DNA of 64,000 nt, taken from Podarcis muralis. Lineage: Eukaryota. The stretch is from assembly GCF_964188315.1 (NCBI RefSeq), contig NC_135658.1, forward strand, positions 11,036,001 through 11,100,000, written 5' to 3'. Made by a program: the position numbers and the translations under genes. Shown one piece after another: positions 48,981-62,377 of the stretch (position 1 is the stretch's first letter; every line of letters begins with the position of its first letter). A model generated the notes under the pieces. The model did not search any database. It had not been told where the DNA came from and was given only the letters and a program-made list of their open reading frames with translations.

Positions 48981-50101
48981 GACACACGCCAAGGACACCA
49001 AAGGTGAGTTATTGGCTCACTCAGCCTTCTCCCACCTATTGTTCTCCCCAATGGGACGCGGGTGGTGCTGTGGGTTAAACCACAGAGCCTAGGACTTGCC
49101 GATCAGAAGGTCGGCGGTTCAAATCCCCATGACGGGGTGAGCTCCCGTTGCCCGGTCCCTGCTCCTGCCAACCTAGCAGAAAGCACGTAAAGTGCAAGTC
49201 GATAAATAGGTACCGCTCCGGTGGGAAGGTAAACGGTGTTTCTGTGCGCTGCTCTGGTTCGCCAGAAGCGGCTTAGTCATGCTGGCCACATGACCCGGAA
49301 GCTGTACACAGGCTCCCTCGGCCAGTAAAGCAAGATGAGCGCCGCGACCCAAGAGTCGGCCACGACTGGACCTAACGATCAGGGGTCTCTTTACCCTTTT
49401 TAAGCCTAGCCAACATAACTATGGGAACCATGGTCAAAAAGATCTGGTGGGCTCAGCTTGTGGAAGGCTCTATCAGCTGGTTTTATGCATCAAAGTTTCT
49501 GCTTTCCTTCCATGTTTGTATGCATCCATGCTTTTAAACTTTCCACATGGCGACCATCGGCCAATAGAAGTGGATGTGATAAAACATGATTTTGCACCAC
49601 CGTACTGTAGTCTCTTGTTGCGGCACTGCCTGTTAACAGAGTCAAAGAGCTTTTAAAAATAGGCTTGCAAACTCTTCCTTCCTTCCTGGTTAATTTGGTG
49701 GCCATTGTTGGCTGTGGTTGAGGGAAGTTGTAGCCACCAGGTCAACACAGGCTGGGCTGCGGAATGCCATTTTCTGACATGGCAGGTCCATCTTTCGGTG
49801 CTGAGGGTAATCTTATATTACTTCATTCATATTGCAGGCCTTAGTTTTGGGATTCAGGCTATTTATTCAATGGAAAGCTAAGCCAATGTGGTGCCTTCTC
49901 AATGTTGCCGGATTAGAACTCCCATCATTCCTGACCATTGGTCAACTTGACTGGGAATATGGGAGTTGTAGTACCCCAAGAACATCAGGAGAACCCCATG
50001 TTGGCTATCAGTAAAGTTCTAGGGCTGAGTCACAGGGACCCTTGGTTTAAATTAAGACACAACCCACCTTGTTAACACCTTTTCCATTTTCCATTTTACA
50101 G

Positions 50102-50456
50102 GACAACCTGAATTTCTGAACCTGCACATGTGTACAACTTGGGTCCTCTGTCTGAGGCTGTACAAAGGAGGCTCTTAACGGACAATCTAGAGACCTTGAC
50201 TGCAGCACCTACCCCACAACGTTGTGTAGCATGGACTTTACTTGAATAAGCCAAGCACTGATATTTGTGAACGTAATTGCTATCTATATTATATTTGTGA
50301 ACGTAATTGCTATCTATATTATATTTGTGAACAAAATGGCTATCTGTATGGTATTTATGGACAAAACTGATATCTATTAACTCCATGGCAAACGCATGCC
50401 TTGGGTTTCCATTGCTTTCTGGTGTTTAAATATTGCTTTTAGTTCAGACTAATAAA
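50102..50456 (+). other. Non-coding exon 2 (3'UTR) of THRSP-3
   Basis: ttttacag acceptor at 50101, AATAAA at 50451-50456. Confidence 0.7.
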
Positions 50457-50924
50457 GCATTTTGCATTGTTTGAAGCTGCCTAGACCACTGTTTCATCTA
50501 GTCCTGTAGTTGTCAACTACCCTGACATGTAATGGCTCTCATCTGGAGTCTTTGCCTATTATGCTTGCTATCTGTGCCACCACATGGCTCCTGTGAGGAA
50601 ATGAAGGGCATCAGTGCCCTGGCAGGACCCACAATTCAACTTTCTCTCTTTTCCTCTGTGTTGGTTTACTGAGTCTAGGGGCCGCCATTTTCCATGGAGT
50701 GATGTCATCGTAGGGGTATACATTAGAATGGCAGGTGCAAGCGAGAGCTGCTATTGGCTGTCCCTGCTAGGAGGCCCCACCCCCCAGTATAGTATTTTGC
50801 TAAGGCATTCTTCCAACCTGGAGCTGGCCAGGATTTCAGATAGGGATCCCTTCCCAGCCCTGGGGATACTGGGGATTGAACATGGGACTCACATACAGCG
50901 TACCACAGAACTGTCTTTCACCAG

Positions 50925-51052
50925 AAGCTGGGATAGCTCAGTCAGTAGAGCATGAGGCTCTTAACCTGAGGGTCATGAGTTTGAGACCCATGTCGGGCAA
51001 AAGATTTCTGCATCTACAGGGGCTCGAACCAAATGTCCCTTGTGGTTCTATG
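50925..51052 (+). mobile_element. tRNA-Lys(CTT)-derived SINE with a CR1-like tail
   Basis: Head GCTGGGATAGCTCAGTCAGTAGAGCATGAGGCTCTTAACCTGAGGGTC resembles tRNA-Lys; ends in TTCTATGAT; short TSD CCAGAA; absent from the mirror arm. Confidence 0.7.
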
Positions 51053-54000
51053 ATCCAGAAATTTTGGCAGACCTTCCCATAACATCAAACTGAGATTTTA
51101 GCTGAGTCCAAGAAGGAATTCTCAATCCCCGTTAGGGACTTTCTTCGCCCACCGATTCTACGATTGCCACCTTTCCCAGGTTAGGGTTCCTGCTCTTTTA
51201 AGAACACCCTTTTCAGCCTTTTACAAATGTAAATGACTTGTGACACCTGCTCTCCTAACAGGAAGAACCTAAGATGTGTATAATCATTGCTGAAGTCTCC
51301 TCTGCTCCATGGGCTAAATTTGTTAATGTTGGCAGGCTGTTCTCTGCTGCTTTAAGCTGTTGCGCCAACATGTCCTCTGCAATGCACTAAGATCTTTTTC
51401 CCCAGTGTGCTTTTGTACATACTTTGCAGTTGCACGCACTGTCACATCATCCAAAGCTCTTGTTATAAGAAAAACTGCTCCCTTTCCCATATGGGGTATT
51501 CCAGAGCCCGTATAGAGTCCTTAAGTGGGTTCCCTATCTGTAGGAGAAAACAACAGAGGCCAACCAGAGTATATTGAGAAGCAAAGTGGCTAGTAAGCCT
51601 GGTCTTTATTCAAGGAACTGTTGTAACAGGGTCCCCACACACCACACGCAGGAGGGAGGAGAACCCTGAACAATGGTGCACAAGCCGTTCTATAGACGCT
51701 TTAAATTGCCCACCCTGTAGCCCAAGACCACCACCACCACCCCAAAACATCATACATGCATCACAGAAGGAGGCAGTCTATAGCAGAAATCTTGTCTGCC
51801 AGGATACCTGACAATGGTCCCTGATTGCATTACCTGGGCAACCTGGCCATTCTTTGGTGATGGTTAATACTGTAGTTCCTGAATCCAGGTCTCAGGTTCA
51901 CCCGATTCATACACAAATATGCCCTTAAGACAGGATTTGCAAGCAAAAAGACAACTCCATTTGCCTCCCTTACTGCAGAGGAATATTTGAGCTCATTGGG
52001 AGAGTCAAAATGACTTCAGGATTGCTCCCCTGTTCTATTTCAGACACATGGTTCATATATTTAGATATGTGTGCATTTAAGAATAATAGAAGTATTTAAA
52101 CAGTGACCAGCACTCCAAAACACGTTCCAGGTTGAGACACCTGGGCTCCTTCCAGGAGACACGAGAATTTATGGGACTCCAGAGCATGGTGTGAAACCAG
52201 TAAAAGTCGATGTTATACAGTTATGGGCAATATCGTGGCTAAGCCAAAGAAACCCAAGGACCAGTGTGGCGCAGAAGTTAAAAGTGTCACACTAGAACAC
52301 TGGGACGTGGGTGGCGCTGTGGGTTAAACCACAGAGCCTAGGACTTGCAGAAGGTCGGCAGTTCGAATCCCCACGACGGGGTGAGCTCCCATTGCTTGGT
52401 CCCTGCTCCTGCCAACCTAGCAGTTCGAAAGCATGTCAAAGTGCAAGTAGATAAATAGGTACCACTACGGCGGGAAGGTAAACGGCGTTTCTGCGCGCTG
52501 CTCTGGTTCGCCAGAAGCGGCTTAGTCATGCTGGCCCATGACCCAGAAGCTGTACGCCGGCTCCCTTGACCAATAAAGCGAGATGAGCACCGCAACCCCA
52601 GAGTCGGCCACGACTGGACCTAACGGTCAGGGGTCCCTTTAGCTTTACCTAGAACCTGAGAGACCAGGGTTTGAATCCCTGCTTGGCCACAAAGCTCACT
52701 GGGTGACCTCGGGCCAATAGGGTGTGTTAACAATTTTCAGCTTTCAAATTCCCAAAATGAGGGGTGGAATTCAAATTACCTTTTCAATTCAAAAGACATT
52801 TTGGTTAAGTTAATATAATTTTATTTTGCTCAGTAAGTGAAACATGTGTAAGTTTCCATAGAAATGGTTAAAAACGATTGACAAGTATTTCCAGTTATGT
52901 TACATATTAATATTCTTTTCATCTATTAGCATTATTATTATTTAGCATGACCTGACATTTTCAGAAGGAAAATTAAAATTCTTTGGTTCCCCCCCAAAGC
53001 AGTTTATGTGCTTCTTCACCAAATGTAGACTTACTAAGCTAAATGTTGTCCAATCACAAGAGTAACAGCAGATTTGAATTCTTCACACCCAAAAACGTAT
53101 TTTGAAGATCCCTCGCTGAATAAATTTGCAAAATTTAAGTTTCACCCCCTCTGAAATGATGCACCCTATTTGTCCAGTAACTCACGCTCAGCCAAACCTC
53201 CTTTGCTGCGTTGCTGTGAGGATAAATTGGGGAGTTGTTCTACGTATGCCTTATCCGTGGGATATAAACGTAATTAATTAGTTCATTGCTGGTTTACAGA
53301 GGTACACTTCGCTTGAACATGGATGCTTGCCTTAGCTGCCAAAGACACCCATAGGCCTAATCTGCAGGAATTTGTTTTTAATAGCCATGCCTTGTGGCGG
53401 CGAATCCCATGCATCAGTTACACGTTCTGGGAATTAACATTCTTCCCTATCGCCTCCTTGAATCTGCTGCCAAACAGCTCCATCCAGCGATGTCGAATTC
53501 TGCTGTTATCCTTCCGCAAACTGCTCCAACCTTATGTCCCCCTTGGTTTTTAATAAATGTGCAGCTGGCTGAGAGATGATCAACCTTCAGTCACATGCTT
53601 GGACTCAGCCAGGAGCTCCCAGGGCAGGTGACACCAACCCATGTCCCGAGACAAGAACTGATGGTACCAAAATATGTTTGTTTGCTTTGAAAGAAGCGCA
53701 TGATTCCCCAAACTTGTCCTGTAGCCAGGAAATAGCTACCAAAACTGGTAGCAGGTCTCAGGGCCGGATTTAGGTTTGATGAAACCCTAAGCTACTGAAA
53801 GTAATGGGGCCCTTTATATGTCCAGCTGTCCTTTGTCAACAACAAATTGTTGTTGTTTTTTGTGTTGAATATATGCTATATGGTAATTTATGGACCTAAT
53901 AGGTATCTAAAGCTATTTGCACATGTTGCCATGCAAGCAGTCCATGCAGAATGTAGGCACCCTATATATAGAAAGGAGCAAACCAGTGATATTTTAGGGA

Positions 54001-57000
54001 GCAGGCTAGCAGGCAGGGCCCATGACTTACATCATAGGAGCCTACACAACACAAAACAAAACACTCTTGCTGTATGTAGGTTTTATTTTATTTGTTTTTT
54101 ATCCTATATTTTAGAAATGCACATGCAGTTTATCCCCCTTTACGTTTTTTGGGGGCCCCCAAGAAAGTGGGACCATAAGCTATAGCTTGTTCAGTTTATC
54201 TGTACAGTGGTACCTCGGGTTAAGAACTTAATTCGTTCCGGAAGTCTGTTCTTAACCTGAAACTGTTCTTCACCTGAGGCACCACTTTAGCTAATGGGGC
54301 CTCCTGCTACCGCCACCGCGCAATTTCTGTTCTCATCCTGAAGCAAAGTTCTTAACCCGAGGTACTATTTCTGGGTTAGCAGAGTCTGTAACCTGAAGCG
54401 TCAGTAACCTGAAGCGCCTGTAACCCGAGGTACCACGGTAAATCTGGCAATGGTGGGTCTGGAACATGGGACCCCCTTGTTTGCCTGAGCAAGGAACAGA
54501 GTTAGAGGAGGAGGGAGGAAAAATGCAGTACTCTGGAGCCATGCAGCTGAGCAAGGTGCATCAATGGTTCGACTCAGCATACGGCACATTCCTAGCATCC
54601 TAAAGGTTCTTAGTCTGCAGGTTTTGTTTTTGTACAAACCTTGTTGTTGTTTAGTCATTTAGTCGTGTCCGACTCTTCAAGACCCCATGGACCAGAGCAC
54701 GCCAAGCACTCCTGTCTTCCACTGCCTCCCACAGTTTGGTCAGACTCATGCTGGTAGCTTCGAGAACACTGTCCAACCATCTCGTCCTCTGCCGTCCCCT
54801 TCTCCTTGTGCCCTCCATCTTTCCCAACATCAGGGTCTTTTCCAGGGAGTCTTCTCTTCTCATGAGGTGGCCAAAGTCTCCTCCAGCACCAAAGTCTCCT
54901 CCAGCACCAGAATTCGAAAGCACCAATTCTTCGGCGATCAGCCTTCTTTATGGTCCAGCTCTCACTTCCATACATCACTACTGGGGAAACCATAGCTTTA
55001 ACTATACGGACCTTTGTTGGCAAGGTGATGTCTCTGCTTTTTAAGAGACATCACCTTGCTGACATCTTCTAACCTTAGAAGATGAAATAGATTGTATTTA
55101 ACTTATTTTTTTATTTTTTAACCTTCAGAATCTCACAGAAAGCAGGTAGGACAGGCTGCCGAAAAAGCTACGCAAACAGGCTTCCAGGTCACTCCGCTCT
55201 GCTTCTTGTGGCACCCAAAACAAAGAGCAGTCAAAATCTGCAAATATGGGAGGTCTATTTGAACAGGCAGCTTCAGCAGATGTGTGGTATGCAATGCTGG
55301 GTCAACATTGCATAAAACCATAAAGTTGGAGTGGGGGCTTGTGGGCCACCTAAAAATTGGGTGATTTTTTTTTTCAGACCTTGGGGTAAAAGGCTGGTAC
55401 AAAACCTTAAGTAAATAAAATCTAGTCCGTCTTGAAATGTTTTAAGAAGTTCGTGCTATTCTAGCAAAGACAGTGGGCTGAATAAGGAGCTTTCAGGATA
55501 TGGATTTTCCTGAAACATCACAATGTAGACTGGTTGTGTTGGCTATATATCCAAATGCGTATCACGCTGCAATGTTCAGGCAACTAATATGCTCCCCAGT
55601 TGCTCCAGAGGAGTCTTCCGCAACCTGGTGCCCATGGTTCATGATCAGGGATGATGGGAATTGTAGTGCAAAACATCTGAACGGCATGATGCTCTGCAGG
55701 TTGTACAATGGAGTTTAAAGTTTCATCGCGGACAGAAATGTGAATATGCATCTCCAGTTCAGGTCTTTTAACTGTACTGGGCAACTATACCTGGGTCTGT
55801 GAAGCAGAGACACACATTGCTTTTAGCTGGACCTGCGGGGAATTTAACCTCAGACCTTATAATACAAAAGAAACATGTCCTGCCACCTTCATTACACGCA
55901 AACATTCCTCTTTCCCCAGGTCTTTGGTTAATCAAACAATCTAGGGCATGGAGGGGGATATTGTTTGTCGTTGTGTTATGCATTTTTGTGTATTTATACC
56001 GTAATATGCCTTGCAATCCTTAGATGAAGGGCAGTATATTAATTTAATTAAAAAATGTGTTCTTTTATGCTTCTTACCTGGAGATGTTGGGGATAGAACT
56101 ATTAGGGCATGTGGAGCTGGATTTGAAGGATCATACGAGCAGAATTTAGAGCTTGCATGGTAAGCCAACAGGGATTGTAGCATGTCAGAATGGTTAGCAG
56201 CACCAAAGCGGGTTTCCACTTCCCCTACAGCCTGGCTCACTTGTTTGAGACACCTGGATTGGGTGTAACATATTCCTGGATTACATTTGCATCTGGCACA
56301 CTAGACCGTATTCACTTCTATCTGATACAATCGAAATGAGTGCTGGAGAAGACTCTTGAGAGTCCCATGGACTGCAAGAAGATCAAACCTATCCATTCTG
56401 AAGGAAATCAGCCCTGAGTACTCAGTGGAAGGACAGATCCTGAAGCTGAGGCTCCAATACTTTAGCCACCTCATGAGAAGAGAAGACTCCCTGGAAAAGA
56501 CCCTGATGTTGGCAAAGATTGAGGGCACAAGGAGAAGGGGACGACAGAGGACGAGATGGTTGGACAGTGTTCTCAAAGCTACCAGCATGAGTTTGACCAT
56601 ACTGCAGGAGGCAGTGGAAGACAGAAGTGCCTGGTGTGCTCTGGTCCATGGGGTCACAAAGAGTCGGACACGACTAAACAGCAACAACATTGTGTAAAAT
56701 GCACGGGGATGGGGGAATGGCATCCAAAACTAAACAAGTGCAAGATTGAACATTATATATTAGGGTTACCATACATCTGGATTTTCCCAGACATGTTTAG
56801 AATAATGCAGTTGGCAGTGGTGTCCGGGTAGGAAAATGTCTTGGAAAATCAGCTCAACAACTTTGGGCAAAACTGAGAAAACTTAACAATTATATATATG
56901 CTCTTTGGATTTAAAATGCACTTTATTTCCCTATAGTATTTTGAAGCATGTTACATTTTTTATTCCTACCCAACTTAAGAGTCCAGTGCTTCAGGTAGGG

Positions 57001-57029
57001 TATCTGTTCTTGCGGTTATATGAAAAATT

Positions 57030-57570
57030 TTACACATCACTTGGGAAGACAGACGAACTAATGCCAGTGTACTGGAAGAAGCAAAGATCCCCAGTGTCGA
57101 AGCAAAGATTCTTCAACATCAACTTCGTTGGACTGGTCATGTTGTGCGGATGCCTGGTTATCGTCTCCCAAAGCAACTACTCTATTCCCAACTTAAAAAT
57201 GGAAAGTGTAATGCTGGTGGTCAACGAAAAAGGTTTAAAGACTGGCTCAAGGCAAATCTAAAAAAAATGTAGTATAAACAGTGACAACTGGGAAACACTG
57301 GCCTGTGAGCGCTCCAGCTGGAGAACAGCCTTTACCAAAGGTGTCATGGGCTTTGAAGACACTCGAACTCAGGACGCAAGGGAGAAACATGCTAAGAGGA
57401 AGGCACGCTTGGCAAACCCTCACCGTGATCAACTCCCACCAGGAAACCAATGTCCCCACTGTGGAAGGATGTGTGGGTCCAGAATTGGCCTCCACAGTCA
57501 CTTACGGAATCACATGTTTATGGAAGATAATCTTACTCAGCTATGAGTGATCGCCAAAGAAGATGATGAT
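57030..57570 (+). mobile_element. RTE-clade LINE 3' fragment (not BovB)
   Basis: WEDRRTNASVLEEA...LRWTGHVVRMP...RLPKQLLY and CPHCGRMC..IGLHSH zinc-finger tail. Confidence 0.8.
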
Positions 57571-58049
57571 GAAAATGAAAGAATTTTTTTTTAATGCCAC
57601 TGAAAGCTAGCAGGGCAGGGCAGCCTACCCACAAAAAATGGGAAGAGGGAGAAGCATGTACACCAAATTGAGCTTCTTAGAGGAAAGATGGGATATAAAG
57701 GTATTAATAAATAATATATAGTACTGCCTCTGAGGCTGCAAATACCCCTCATGACTAGTAGCCATTGTTAGAAATAATATAGTGTCACATCTTAGCTTGG
57801 CCCCAAAGCAGAAACTATTGCCATATCATTCAATCCCATTCGTTAATTAAACCTGATTCCAAACTACTTTGTGACAATAAAAACACACATTACTTAGTCA
57901 TAGCTTTAATGATAAGATTAAAGGTCCAAGTGTTTGAAACAAGTATTTCATCTCAACTACTGACATAGGTTATGCACATATCCCACGCTCGACAGATTAC
58001 TCGTGGGATAACAAAGCAACGAATGAGACACCGACTGCTTGCAAAGTCT

Positions 58050-58099
58050 TCAGCGAATTGGATGGAAATTCTCCAGAACTTCTGCCATGCGTTTCTTTT
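58050..58099 (-). CDS. NDUFC2: NDUFC2 exon 3 coding part (EKKRMAEVLENFHPIR*); total protein 115 aa
   Basis: Manual translation; C-terminal FHPIR as in human; tttttatag acceptor; ATTAAA at 57905-57910 followed by a GU-rich stretch. Confidence 0.95.
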
Positions 58100-59600
58100 C
58101 TATAAAAAGAAGAAACAACACTGTTTAAAAAAGCCAGTTCACATTATAATTAATGAGAAAAAGATTTCAGTGAAAATAAGGCAAGAACTATCCTGCCCCC
58201 AAGCAAATGCAAACCTCAAAAATAATGCAGAATGACAAAACGGACCAGGAATTCTGTGCTAGGAACCCAAATTCTGCAATCAGGAGAGTGCTACTGGAGC
58301 AGACCTAAGGTTCATCTTGTTTGGCCCCCCGTTTGGAGACCAATCAAATGCCTCTGGGAAGAAGTTCATAGGCAGGGCATGAAGGCAATAACTCTCCCTT
58401 ATTGTTGCTTCCTCTCTAGCAACTAGCATTTAATGGCATATTCTCTCTGAACCGGGAGGTCCCACTGGGCCACCGCCTCTGACCAAAGCAATGGTCTGAA
58501 GTGATCATGCGACTCAAGGGTAGGCAAACTAAGGCCGGGGGGCCGGATGCGGCCCAATCGCCTTCTCAAGCCGACCTGTGAACGGTCCGGGAATCAGCGT
58601 GTTTTTACATGAGTAGAATGTGTCCTTTTATTTAAAATGCATCTCTGGGTTATTTGTGGGGCATAGGAATTCGTTCATTTCCCCCCCCCCAAAAAAAAAA
58701 TATAGTCCAGCCCACCACATGGTCTGAGGGACGGTGGACAGGTCCATAGCTGAAAAAGGGTTGCTGACCACTGATGTGATTACTTGGCAGGAGTCTTCAG
58801 GACAGCTTCTACACAACCAACTGCAAGTCTAGAAGTCAGGGATGCAGTTGGGACGCATAACATATAGGGCACACAGTTAGAGCCCCGAGACAAGGCATCC
58901 AATGGAAATTTGTTCTTGCTCCTTCTCCTCCAGCTGACACATTCCTCAGCCGCTCTCTCCGCTTCTTAAGGAAAGGATTCCACACAGCCTGACTCGATGC
59001 TCTGAGCTCCAAACCGGCAATGGAGATGGCTCTGCAGCATTCAGCAGCGCTAAGGCTGCATGACATCAAACATTCACATATCACAGAACTGATGGAGTGT
59101 GCATTATCTTCTCCTGGCCTTCTAAGACGAGGTGTCACAGCTATTAAAACCTTGACGCAGACATATGTGCTTAAATCCATCAATTTCACTGAGTTTAAGT
59201 ATACAGTGGTACCTCAGGTTACATACGCTTCAGGTTACATACGCTTCAGGTTACAGACTCTGCTAACCCAGAAATAGTGCTTCAGGTTAAGAACTTTGCT
59301 TCAGGATGAGAACAGAAATTGTGCTCCGGTGGCGCGGCAGCAGCAGGAGGCCCCATTAGCTAAAGCGGTGCTTTAGGTTAAGAACAGTTTCAGGTTAAGT
59401 ACGGACCTCCGGAACGAATTAAGTACTTAACCCAAGGTACCACTGTACTTTACTCTGCGTTGAATTGTGGCCTGTGCTTGCAGCTGTCACTGTGTCACTC
59501 TATTCTGCCTCCCCCCATCCTTTAAAATCAAATAATGGTATGTCACAGTAGTATCAGCAGAAGCAGCCAGGAAGATCTGATTACTTGTAAGCAGGATAAC

Positions 59601-59601
59601 A

Positions 59602-59656
<55 letters not shown>
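59601..59656. repeat. (GAAA)n microsatellite
   Basis: Direct observation; (TAA)n, (CAA)n and (CTA)n arrays at 25.25k, 26.86k, 36.43k, 40.66k, 41.46k, 60.36k are mostly LINE tails. Confidence 0.95.
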
Positions 59657-60361
59657 CAAAGCCTATGTAAATCTACCTATCCTTAAAGGTTTAGCGGTTG
59701 TGCCCCCATTGCATGTGCTGCTGCAGAGGGGGACAAAGCTGGAAACAACATTCCTTCTCTCTGGTGCCACCCACCCACTCCCTGCCGACAAGGAGTTTGG
59801 TTATCTTTCTCTACGTTTTGTGTTCTGCCGGCAACTCAAAAACATTCATTTTTTATAGAAAGCTTTTCATTATGTTGCTCTTAATGTCTATATTGTGAGT
59901 GCTAGGTCTAGTTTTTTGCTCCTTTTTGTTTGATTCTTTGTTGTCAATCAACTTGTCATTTTTGTTTCGATGCTTGCTTTTTATATTTTTAAGCCGCTAT
60001 AAGCAACACCTGAATGAGCGTCTCCACCCCCTTCGTTCTGAGGTCCAGCTCTGAGGACCTTCTGGAGGTTCCCTCACTGTGAGAAGTGAGGCTACAGGGA
60101 ACCAGGCAGAGGGCCTTCTCGGTAGTGGAGCCTGCCCTGTGGAACGCCCTGTCATCAGATGTCAAGGCAATAAACAACTATCTGACTTTTAAAAGACATC
60201 TGAAGGCAGCCCTGTTTAGGGAAGTTTTTAATGCTTGATGTTTTGTCGGTTTATTTTTATTTTTATTATTATTCTGTTGGGAGCCACACCGAGTGGCTGG
60301 GGAAACCCAGCCAGGTGGGCTGGGTATAAATAATAAATTGTTGTTGCTGTTGTTACTACTG

Positions 60362-60406
<45 letters not shown>

Positions 60407-61086
60407 ACCATTGTGGAGAAGAAAAGCAGAGTATAACTTATTTAGCATAAATAATACAGCCCTCAACACGTATGTTGTATGAACTAGCCCTGAGTTTTTT
60501 GGGAAGATGGACAGCAGAGAACTCTCTCTCTTTCACCAAAGCTGCCTTATTTCACATATATCTGAACAGCAGCCTCACAGAACACATTCTCTCTGAGATT
60601 TGGGGTCTTCCACTGCCACATTCCCATACAGAAAACATAGGGAGGTACATTTTACTCCATACAAACCAGTGAAAAGGGCTGGAACTCTGATATATGGTTC
60701 ACTCAGAGGGGTGTTTGGTTACTTTCCAGGGAGAGGTGGATCAGCTTTGAACACTCTAGCATGGCTGTCTTTACTTCCCTGGAGAGGCCTTTCCTACACT
60801 TTGAGAACCACGGGTAGGGGTGCGCATGCAACATATACAGTATGTGTGCAAGCACTGCTTTCCTACACCCCCTTGTGGCGTTTTTGTGCAGTAGAACGGT
60901 GCTGTTAAAAGCCACTTGCTTAGTCGTTGAACAGCAAGCAAGACTTGCTTGTAGTGGACCTGAAAAAAGTCTTACAACTGTGTGGGGACAAGGAAGTTTA
61001 AATCTCTGCTACCGTTGTTCTGACATCACATCATATATCCATGGGAGCAATGGAGGCGCATACCCAACAACTTATCACAAATGTAC

Positions 61087-61230
61087 CTTTTTCCTTAAAG
61101 TCCTCAGGATGGTGCCTTATGTATTCTGAAAGTTGTCGATCCTTTAAAGCATATTCGTAATTGGCTCGCTTACAGAGGTAATAACCTAGATAGAAGCCAA
61201 GAGATGTGACCAGGACTTGGCGATGGACTC
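61087..61230 (-). CDS. NDUFC2: NDUFC2 exon 2 (144 nt; VHRQVLVTSLGFYLGYYLCKRANY...HPEDFKEK)
   Basis: Homology to NDUFC2; ttccag acceptor, GTACAT donor; phase 1-1. Confidence 0.95.
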
Positions 61231-62223
61231 CTGGAACAGGACAAAGAAAAAAGAGGGGGGAAATAAGGGAGAGCAGGGGTGGCAGTTTAACAGGCTGAAC
61301 GGAAACCTCCATGAAGCATGCGCAGAGTTGCGATTTCCCTCACACCAAACCCTGAGTTGTGAGCGCAAGGCAGGGCAGAGACCCCCCCTGTGCACCCACC
61401 TCCACTCGGACCATAGGAACCAACTCCAAGGGGCTGAGGTGTCTTTGTCCATCCCACCCCCCCCATGATTAAATATTTAAGGGGGGCCGGGGGCCGCCAA
61501 AGTTAATGGTCACTGCCATTCAAATGGGGTGTATGTGTGTGGCTCCCCCAGTGCCGGATTTACATATACGCTAAACAAGCTGTAGCTTAGGGCCTCACTC
61601 TCTTGAGGGCCCCCAAAAAAATTAAAGGGGGAAAAACTGGATTTACATTTCCAAAATATAAGATAAAAAACAAATAAAATAAAACCTACATACAGCAACA
61701 GTGTTTTGTGTTGTGTAGGCTCCTAGGATGTAAGGAATGGGCCCCGCCTGCTAGCCTGCTCCCTAAAATATCACTGGTTTGCTCCTTTCTATATATATGA
61801 TGCCTACATTCTGTATGGAGGGGTTCCATGGCAACATGTGCAAATGGCGTGAGATACCTATAAATTGCCATTTGGCATATATTCAACACAAAAAAACAGC
61901 GACCATTTTGTTGTTGACAAAGGACAGCTGCACATATAAAGGGCCCCGTTACCTTCAGGAGTTTAAGGCCTCATCAAACCTAAATCTGGCCCTGGGCCTC
62001 CCCCACCCGCCCCAATATTTAATGCAGGTTGGCCCCGCTGACTCTGACCATGCACAGAGTGATTTCCTTGGATGCCCTTTTGCACAGCCCAGGGAGACAG
62101 TTCTTCCCCTCAAACCCGGGCATGCGCAGAGCGGTTTCCCCAGCACCAACCACCCCTCCCCTGAGCATGCACAGAGTGCATTTCCTCAGGAACCCTCCTT
62201 CCTTCCCGCCGGCCTCGACCCAC

Positions 62224-62377
62224 CCGTTCCCAGGACGGGCCTCTGTCTGATGGCGTTCTCCAGCAAGACGCTGATCCAGCCCAGGAAGCCCAGGTAGACC
62301 GAGCCCCTGTTGAACAGCCGCGGGGGCGGGATCGACCGAGCCTCGTCTGGCAGGCGGAGGTACAGCGGCGACGGCAT
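62224..62377 (-). CDS. NDUFC2: NDUFC2 exon 1 (MPSPLYLRLPDEARSIPPPRLFNRG...RPVLGT)
   Basis: LPDEARSxPPP motif of complex I subunit B14.5b; ccgccATG; GTGGGT donor; CpG island. Confidence 0.93.

Larger units (their letters stand above)
48255..51420 (+). repeat. Right arm of the inverted segmental duplication (contains THRSP-3)
   Basis: Reverse-complement homology to 31320-35550. Confidence 0.85.

Noticed and set aside
50925-50998. tRNA-Lys gene
   Set aside because: Mismatched acceptor and T stems, a degenerate B box, a CR1-like tail and a TSD mark it as a SINE.
21555-52075. LTR pair at 21.6k and 51.5k as part of the inverted duplication or as ends of one provirus
   Set aside because: Opposite orientation, not symmetric about the palindrome centre, and the left copy has its own TSD; independent insertions.
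15302-61230. In-frame NDUFC2-KCTD14 read-through fusion (a read-through is annotated in human)
   Set aside because: NDUFC2 exon 2 ends in phase 1 and KCTD14 exon 2 starts in phase 0, so the join is out of frame; the sequence gives no evidence for the transcript.
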